From: a virus | Lineage: Duplodnaviria > Caudoviricetes | DNA: 50,965 nucleotides | Reading direction: 5' to 3' (one strand) | IMG/VR virus record: IMGVR_UViG_3300033148_004150 | Coordinates: 1-50,965 of that record | Shown: positions 28,215 to 34,443 of the stretch, piece by piece | Position numbering within the stretch: position 1 is the stretch's first letter | Layout: each line of letters opens with the position of its first letter | Made by a program: the position numbers and the translations under genes | Notes under the pieces: model-generated | Seen by the model: the letters and a program-made list of their open reading frames with translations, nothing else | The model's database searches: none | Told to the model about the DNA's origin: nothing

Positions 28215-28945
28215 AGCTCTTCCAGTCCGATAGTCTCGCCAGTCAAAAGATGGTAAATGGCCTTTTGCTTGTACTCTTTTCCCTTCTGGACGGCAGTTGA
28301 TTTATAGGCGTAAAGCTCGGTATGGTCAAGGTAGGCGATGTTTTCGTATGGGTGATACCATCCGCCAAAAAAACCGACATTTATCGGATGACGGTCAAGG
28401 TAGGCTTTCAATTCGTCGATAGAAGGTTGACCAGGAAACTTCTCTTCGCACCCTGGAACAGACACAGCCCAAAAGTTACCGGAAACAGACTTACCATATT
28501 CGTCAAGGGTAAAGCCACCTTCGCTCAGCAGCAATCCCTTCGCTACAATAGCAAGCTGCCTATGGGAAAGTTCTTTTGGCCCTGCATTTTCAGCGGGCGG
28601 AGGCAAAGGCTTAGGCGGTGGAGTCGGCACCTTGACCGCCCAGCAAGGCAAGGCCCCGTCAATCTGTTCCTCAGCCAATCGCACTTCTGCATCTGGCGAT
28701 AAACCCACAAGCCGCCGGGCTCGCTGTGCAGTACGGGCATAGACATACGACCAGTGATCTTGTTTGGTACTCATAATTTTGCCTTTTTTGTTATCAGTAG
28801 GAAATACAGTGACATCCTCAACGTAGGATGCCTTGCCAACGCCATTATCAAGATAATCACCACCTTGCTTGATAGCGTCTTGCTCATCTTCGGCATCCCG
28901 AAGAATTACCGATCCGTCGTCAAACCGGACAAGATAACGCTTCAT
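28211..28945 (-). CDS. Three-module fusion protein (module A + module B + GGFT domain)
   Basis: SD GAGGAG before MKRYLVRF; internal Met at 28774 begins module B; C-terminal GGFT..GGW..YLD..QKAIY domain. Confidence 0.7.
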   Translation of the reverse strand: MKRYLVRFDDGSVILRDAEDEQDAIKQGGDYLDNGVGKASYVEDVTVFPTDNKKGKIMSTKQDHWSYVYARTAQRARRLVGLSPDAEVRLAEEQIDGALPCWAVKVPTPPPKPLPPPAENAGPKELSHRQLAIVAKGLLLSEGGFTLDEYGKSVSGNFWAVSVPGCEEKFPGQPSIDELKAYLDRHPINVGFFGGWYHPYENIAYLDHTELYAYKSTAVQKGKEYKQKAIYHLLTGETIGLEEL

Positions 28946-28982
28946 AACTCTAGCTCCTCTTTGCATTGTGAGTATTGGCCCC

Positions 28983-29219
28983 TTACGCTTCGATTGCAAC
29001 TGCCGGGCAGTCAAGGGCTATTGCCGGTCCGCCAATGTCGATACCATTCGGCAGTGGATTACTGTCAATATCTACCCAAGCTGGGCATTTCGTACAGTCT
29101 CCCTGTTGGGTTCCGTCTGGATAATTGCTGAATACTGCCTTTTGCCACCTTATGGTATGCCCCCGCTTGCCGGCACTTTTTGTAGCACGAGTTCTCAGGT
29201 CATCTAGTGACTGACGCAT
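28983..29219 (-). CDS. Small Cys/His protein
   Basis: RGH..CTKC..IGGPAIALDC; SD GGGGAAG. Confidence 0.6.
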   Translation of the reverse strand: MRQSLDDLRTRATKSAGKRGHTIRWQKAVFSNYPDGTQQGDCTKCPAWVDIDSNPLPNGIDIGGPAIALDCPAVAIEA

Positions 29220-29232
29220 GATTCTTCCCCCC

Positions 29233-29730
29233 TTAGCTGATAGGTTTGCGTTGGTATAGACCCGAGCGAAAGTTTTCCAGGTCGGTAATCATGGACAGTA
29301 GAATCATCGGACCCTTGCTGCCCATGTACGAAGTCTCCCCAAGCCACGGGATAATCCGTTCTAAGGTGTAAATGATAAACTTCACTTCGGTATCGGTCCA
29401 ACTTTCGCTATTCCTGCTTAGCAGGCGGCCAATTTCCCGGAAATTTTCAGGTGACAAGTCAGTGATTGACTCTTCACTGCACTCCGAACAAGCTCCCGGG
29501 TAAATGGCTTGCTGGTCGGAAATAGTATCTCCAAGTTGAACTGCCCAGTAGGATAGACCCTCATAAGCTGTTGCCTTTACTAGTTCCACCTTACTATCAG
29601 GCGGAGCATCACAAAGCTTCCTTGCCTTCTCTGCCGTGCTGGCCCAAACGTACATGCACTCCATATAAGATAAAGTCCCGTCTGTTGATACTTCCAGTGA
29701 CCTTACTTTACTGTCAGGTTGGCGGCTCAT
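29233..29730 (-). CDS. Cassette gene, modules B + C
   Basis: YVWASTAEKAR and IYTLERII.WL shared with 30165-30623. Confidence 0.7.
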   Translation of the reverse strand: MSRQPDSKVRSLEVSTDGTLSYMECMYVWASTAEKARKLCDAPPDSKVELVKATAYEGLSYWAVQLGDTISDQQAIYPGACSECSEESITDLSPENFREIGRLLSRNSESWTDTEVKFIIYTLERIIPWLGETSYMGSKGPMILLSMITDLENFRSGLYQRKPIS

Positions 29731-29990
29731 AACTTTCTCCCTTCACAATTGCACTCCGGGCAGATTCCAAAGTGAGTTTGCCAGTCCATTACACTATCTC
29801 CGTATCGGTTGAACGATAGCCCGTCTGGAACAGGTTCGATTGCCCGCTCAAAAGACCGAACCTCTTCTGTATCGGTCCACCCGGGTGGGAAGTCGGCGAT
29901 TCCGTCGTATTGGACATCGCAAAGCCTACACTCCAGCCGAATCTTACCTGCATCACTCCAGTAAGGTTGCGATTCAGATTCTTTGCTCAT
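29727..29990 (-). CDS. Cassette gene, zinc-finger module Z
   Basis: IRLECRLC..ADFPPGWTD..THFGICPEC. Confidence 0.7.
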   Translation of the reverse strand: MSKESESQPYWSDAGKIRLECRLCDVQYDGIADFPPGWTDTEEVRSFERAIEPVPDGLSFNRYGDSVMDWQTHFGICPECNCEGRKL

Positions 29991-30168
29991 AACTTTCTCC
30001 CTTCACTTTCTCTACTCTGATTGCACTACCATGCCCTGCATTACGCACCGCAGCAGCAGCTTGCTTTACCGAAGTAGCACGTACAGTCCAACGGCGTTCC
30101 ACAATATCAGGCTTACTTCTACCGGGTAGCAAAACTGAAATTGTAGTTATAACTTCGTACAGACTCAT
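29974..30168 (-). CDS. Cassette gene, module-A-like
   Basis: Junction AAGGGAGAAAGCC-ATG; YEV..VRATSVKQA..RVEKV. Confidence 0.6.
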   Translation of the reverse strand: MSLYEVITTISVLLPGRSKPDIVERRWTVRATSVKQAAAAVRNAGHGSAIRVEKVKGESYEQRI

Positions 30169-30623
30169 GGCTTTCTCCCTTGTGCTGTTTTCCCAAAAAG
30201 CCAACCAGGGGGGTAGTCGGCTACTTCATTTTCTGCGTTATCCTCCCGGAGGGCTAACATCCCGCGGAAACTTGCTAACTCTATGCCCAGCGGGCCAGTA
30301 ATCCCCGTAGAGGCATACTTTGCCCCCTCTAGCCACGCTATGATCCGTTCCAGAGTATAAATGACAAGCTTCAACTCTGCGTTAGTCCAACTTCCACTTA
30401 CCATGTTTCGTCCGGTGTCAAGTAAGTAGCCGGCCCGATGGAAATCCTCTGGCGATACGTGAGGCTCCGCTGAAATCTGAACTGCCCAGCGGGGCGGAAC
30501 TCCACCTTTCGCTGCCTTCTCCAGTCTTACTTCGCTGTCAGGCGAGACGTGGCAAAGCTCCCTTGCCTTTTCTGCCGTGCTGGCCCAAACGTATGCCCAC
30601 TTCTGGGGTTGTTCCTCGTACAT
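30165..30623 (-). CDS. Cassette gene, modules B + C
   Basis: Junction motif before MYEEQP; paralog of 29233-29730. Confidence 0.7.
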   Translation of the reverse strand: MYEEQPQKWAYVWASTAEKARELCHVSPDSEVRLEKAAKGGVPPRWAVQISAEPHVSPEDFHRAGYLLDTGRNMVSGSWTNAELKLVIYTLERIIAWLEGAKYASTGITGPLGIELASFRGMLALREDNAENEVADYPPGWLFGKTAQGRKP

Positions 30624-30664
30624 GGCTTTCTCCCTTTGCATTGTGAGTGTTAGTCCCGTGAGTG

Positions 30665-31081
30665 TCAACTTCCAAGATAACGCCGAGTCCAGAAGTCGGG
30701 GTCGCCCAGCCTAACGTCTTTCGCTTCCGCAGCCGTGAGTGTGGGCCAATTAAAGCCGTAGTAGTTGCCGGTATCATACAGTACATCCTCTAGCAGTTGG
30801 CAACAGACCGCCTTGCAGGCTGGCTTTATGTCATCAAGTAGCAATTCGTTCACCCGATTACGTAAATCATCAACTGCGATTGTCTTTTGACGGCTCATGG
30901 TTTTCTCCCTTGCAGGTAACATTACTCCCACGCAGTCTATTCTTTCGACGAAATCCAACGCCTTATCGACGCCGAAATCATCAAGATACTCTGCCCCCTT
31001 ACTGGCTGCCTCTTGCTCGTTTTTGGCGTTCCGTAGGATAGATGATCCATTATTGAACCAGATTTGGTAGCAGTTGTTCAT
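30665..31081 (-). CDS. Cassette fusion: module A plus a second module with its own internal RBS and ATG at 30898
   Basis: Internal AAGGGAGAAAACC-ATG (MSRQKT) is in frame. Confidence 0.7.
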   Translation of the reverse strand: MNNCYQIWFNNGSSILRNAKNEQEAASKGAEYLDDFGVDKALDFVERIDCVGVMLPAREKTMSRQKTIAVDDLRNRVNELLLDDIKPACKAVCCQLLEDVLYDTGNYYGFNWPTLTAAEAKDVRLGDPDFWTRRYLGS

Positions 31082-31296
31082 GGCCTTCTCCCTTCTACAA
31101 TAAGCAATCTGCCCTTAACGTCCCTGATTGCAACTTCGCTTAAACGCTCTATCGACTTAATAGACTCCACTGCCCAGTAGTCAAGTTGCTTGTCTGCCCG
31201 AATGTAAGCTTTGCCTTGGCGTCTTGCATCTTTTTTGTCTTTGGCTTCCCGTGTGATAGCCTTCCCATCATTAAACGTGATTCGATAACGGTTCAT
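31078..31296 (-). CDS. Cassette gene, module A
   Basis: MNRYRITFNDGKAITREAKDKKDA. Confidence 0.7.
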   Translation of the reverse strand: MNRYRITFNDGKAITREAKDKKDARRQGKAYIRADKQLDYWAVESIKSIERLSEVAIRDVKGRLLIVEGRRP

Positions 31297-31329
31297 AGCC
31301 TTCTCCCTTCGTGTTGTGAGTGTTAGCCC

Positions 31330-31518
31330 CTACTTCCGATAGTTTCCACCTAGCCGCGTAAGCATATCGTTGGCCAGATGCCAAGTATCAAGCACCATTC
31401 GTCCCTCATCTTCTGCCAGTGTATTGGCAATACGCCGCAAGTCTGGTATCACAATGTCTTGAACATCTACGGGTCTGCGATGATCGGCACCAGCAACAGT
31501 TTCGATAATTACGGTCAT
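31330..31518 (-). CDS. Cassette gene, 62 aa
   Basis: Full junction motif before MTVIIETVAG. Confidence 0.65.
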   Translation of the reverse strand: MTVIIETVAGADHRRPVDVQDIVIPDLRRIANTLAEDEGRMVLDTWHLANDMLTRLGGNYRK

Positions 31519-31565
31519 AACTTTCTCCCTTCGTGTTGTGAGTGACGTACACAAGACCACTAAAG

Positions 31566-31790
31566 TTAAGCGGGTGAGCCAAGTCTGGCATTGGCAAAGT
31601 AGTGTTTCTCGCAACCTTCCTCAATGCACACTGGACAGGCTCCCAAGTGCGTAGCTGGCCGGGAAAGCACTATCTCGGGGATAATATCCTCTGACTGGAC
31701 TTTCCTTACGTCGGTCCATTCGGGCGGGAAGTCGGCAGTGTGCTGAATCCCGCAGAACTTGCATTGTAGTCGAATCTCTTGACGGCTCAT
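31566..31790 (-). CDS. Cassette gene, zinc-finger module Z
   Basis: IRLQCKFC..ADFPPEWTD..THLGACPVC. Confidence 0.7.
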   Translation of the reverse strand: MSRQEIRLQCKFCGIQHTADFPPEWTDVRKVQSEDIIPEIVLSRPATHLGACPVCIEEGCEKHYFANARLGSPA

Positions 31791-31832
31791 AACTTTCTCC
31801 CTTCACGTTGTGAGTGGTAGCCCCATCACTCA

Positions 31833-31860
31833 ATTCTACATTACACCTGGTCGGATGCAA
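31833..31860 (-). promoter_or_regulatory. Candidate early promoter
   Basis: TTGCAT-16 bp-TAGAAT on the - strand, upstream of the first cassette. Confidence 0.55.
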
Positions 31861-31992
31861 GTAAAACTAACGGGCGGGCTAAGCCTGGTATTGGCAAGGT
31901 AGTATTTATCACCACCTTCCCCATAGCCGATACCAACAGGTTTCTATCACTTGCAGTATTTAGTGATATTGCCTGTCGCCCGTACATAGTCA

Positions 31993-32020
31993 ATTATATA
32001 TCATATTCGCCGGAACACAA
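31993..32020 (-). promoter_or_regulatory. Second candidate early promoter
   Basis: TTGTGT-16 bp-TATAAT on the - strand. Confidence 0.55.
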
Positions 32021-32295
32021 GTGAAATCCAGAGTCGTCACTGATGATTATCAGGTGCATGGCCTAGTTATACTGTCCAGGGTGAATTAGATGCGATTATG
32101 CCGATTACGGGTGAATCTGCCAAAATGGCAGCCACCACGTCGCGTCTAACGTCGATTCAGAGGGTCGACCCTGTTTTGATACCCCCAGAATCCGCAGCTT
32201 GTCGTATGCAAGCCGTCCAGTGGCGAAGGGTAGTGATTGTGGTTGAGTGGACGAATGAGCGTGAGGCGTGGCGTGTGGGGCTAGGGCGAGGACAG

Positions 32296-32343
32296 GAGTG
32301 AATGGAGTGGAGTGAGTGGAGTGAGTGGAGTGAGTGGAGTGGG
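32296..32343. repeat. GAGTG/GAGTGGAGT tandem repeat
   Basis: ..GGAGTGGAGTGAGTGGAGTGAGTGGAGTGAGTGGAGTGGG. Confidence 0.9.
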
Positions 32344-32754
32344 TGGGTGGGGGCGGGGGCTATTGCGCTTGGGTCAGACCCTTGAAGTGCGCGTCGATTT
32401 TGGATTGATATACATTATACTCTTGCAGACCGTTCTGGCCCGACCGACACGGTTAGACCGGACAAAAAACCCTATTTTCTAAGGGTTTTCGTGCCGTGGG
32501 GGGGCCCCATTACTTCTGAAATCCGAACCACACCCCCCGCCCCCGATGACGCCGCCGGGGGCGGGTAGCCCCTCTCTGCCGCCACACGAAAATCTCAATC
32601 CACAACACTATTTACATCTGGAAAACCAGATATAGTAATTTTTGGTGTTATACCACTTTCACACGCGCGCACATTACATGGAGTAAGATGATAAACTAAG
32701 TAATGATTAAATGGGTGGTATGTATCCGCTAGGTGATATATATCCCCTAATTCG

Positions 32755-33124
32755 ATGTTGCCATAAATAACGGGTGGGATATACCCTACTAACCCGAAGT
32801 AGTTTTGTTGAAAATGATGTTGCAAACAGAAAAAACAACCCCAAATGGTAGGCTACATAAAGCAAAACTCCCTATACATATCGGAGTTATCTGACCTCCC
32901 CCTAGCGATGGAGACAATGTTGCGATGTTGCTAAGGGATCTGAGACCTTAAAGACTATAATCTAATAGGGGGATTGACAAGAAAAAGAACAGACTCCGCA
33001 ACATGCAACATTCTATAAAAAGAGAGAGAGAGAGAGAGAGAGAGTGAGTATATATAGGGAATTATATCTGGCCCGCCCCCCATTAGATGTTATTTGCAAC
33101 ATTCTAACAACAGCCCAACATTCT
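32755..33124. repeat. Inverted array of ATGTTGC/GCAACAT heptamers (candidate origin or packaging site)
   Basis: ATGTTGC at 32755, 32817, 32917, 32925; GCAACAT at 32998, 33005, 33096; CCAACAT at 33115. Confidence 0.65.
33021..33044. repeat. (AG)12 microsatellite
   Basis: Perfect dinucleotide run. Confidence 0.95.
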
Positions 33125-33184
33125 CTGGGCATTTTAGCCCTCAGAAAATTTTGTTATATATTAAAATGAAAATTCAGAAATCTC

Positions 33185-33213
33185 TTGACATCTATTGGAC
33201 GGCATGGTAAATT
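33185..33213 (+). promoter_or_regulatory. Sigma70-type promoter for the packaging/morphogenesis module
   Basis: TTGACA-17 bp-TAAATT with extended -10 TG and AT-rich upstream sequence. Confidence 0.8.
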
Positions 33214-33220
33214 AGAAGAT

Positions 33221-33364
33221 GAAGTCACGGCGGCAGCGTGGAGTGGACATGCAGCGTTTGTTGTGGTAAGCGTCGATGGGGACTCGCAACCCAGAACCCG
33301 CCCCATCTTGCGAGCATGGGGTTAATCATCGAGCCGGTCTCAAGTCCGGTCCGCCGTTGGCTTC
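33221..33364 (+). ncRNA. Non-canonical tRNA-like RNA 2 with a large inserted variable domain
   Basis: 7-bp ACGGCGG/CCGCCGT; D-like GCGTG/CATGC; GCGTTT/AAGCGT arm; CGATG/CATCG-closed insert; T-like GCCGG-TCTCAAGT-CCGGT. Confidence 0.7.
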
Positions 33365-33399
33365 TTTTTATTATGAAATAGATAAAGAAAAAGAAAACA

Positions 33400-34188
33400 A
33401 TGCATTTAAAAGCTAAACTTAATGATAAACAACGTGCCGAAGTAGTTAAACGATATACTTTTGGCGAAACTCAAGCAGCACTTGCCAAGGAATTTAAGGT
33501 AAGTATTTCGACTATTGGAAAAATTATTAAAAAGGCTAATGCTGGTAGACCTATGAAAACTAAGCAGGGACCGCGAGCTACACCGGCTGCCGCAATAGTC
33601 CAATTCGCTAAAAGAGCGAGATCAATTCTTTGGCGTCAAGAAAGTGGAGTAGTTAAGAAGTCTTATGATAAATGGAAGCAAGCTGTTGAGGAATTAAAGA
33701 AGAATGGAGGTTATACACAACAGCAAGCAATTGTTCAAGTATCAAAAGATTTCCCTTGTTTGAGGCGTTTATTTAAAGAATACAATGTTAGTGATTTCGA
33801 TCCTAATCCAGATTCACATCCGACAGTTGAAAATTGGGGCCAAAAATCTGTAGATGATATTGAATGCGAAGGCAAGAAGCAAAGTCATAGGCAAAATCTT
33901 ATGTGGGCAATTGAAGCTGCCGGAAAATATCTACGGACTGATATTACACCGTCCAAGGCTCCTAATGATGCTGCGTATTACCTTTATCGCCAGGCCATTG
34001 AGGAACCAAAGGACTTCCTTGGGAAATTTACTCAAATAGAATCTCGTGCAGATGATGAAGGGGAAAGGCAGCGCCGCTCCAGAGAAAAGGGGCAACGGAG
34101 TATTAGTGAAATCGAAGAGATGCTTGCTGAACTTGATAATAATTCCGGTGGGATTCCACCTTACACTGGAAATTTAGAGGAGAGTTGA
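33400..34188 (+). CDS. HTH protein, probable terminase small subunit
   Basis: N-terminal HTH (GETQAALAKEFKVSISTI); lies upstream of TerL. Confidence 0.55.
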   Translation: MHLKAKLNDKQRAEVVKRYTFGETQAALAKEFKVSISTIGKIIKKANAGRPMKTKQGPRATPAAAIVQFAKRARSILWRQESGVVKKSYDKWKQAVEELKKNGGYTQQQAIVQVSKDFPCLRRLFKEYNVSDFDPNPDSHPTVENWGQKSVDDIECEGKKQSHRQNLMWAIEAAGKYLRTDITPSKAPNDAAYYLYRQAIEEPKDFLGKFTQIESRADDEGERQRRSREKGQRSISEIEEMLAELDNNSGGIPPYTGNLEES

Positions 34189-34443
34189 TAATAATTAAGA
34201 AATTGATGATTACCGCTAACAAAAGAGAGCGAGCTTTATGGATTGCTGCCGAAAGATTATCTAATTTTGAAGAGGGGCAAGGGGAAATTTTTAGTGATTT
34301 ACTTAAAACTGCCGAGGAGGAAAGTGACAGTGACTAAATGGGATTATTTCGCATGTGTGATTGTGTATTTAATGGTAATGGGTATAGCTTGTTGTTACGC
34401 TATATCATTTGCAACTAATTAGGAAGGTATTTCGGGGCAGATT

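Noticed and set aside
26388-31830. CRISPR array or classical integron
   Set aside because: Repeats are degenerate and unevenly spaced around whole genes; no attC-like palindromes, tyrosine integrase or cas genes were seen.
32098-32825. ORFs 32098-32301 (+) and 32595-32825 (-)
   Set aside because: No convincing RBS; they overlap low-complexity and repeat DNA of the control region.
33227-33357. Canonical tRNA-His(GTG) or tmRNA
   Set aside because: Loops are 8 nt, the insert is in the variable position rather than an intron site, and it is too short for tmRNA with no tag ORF.
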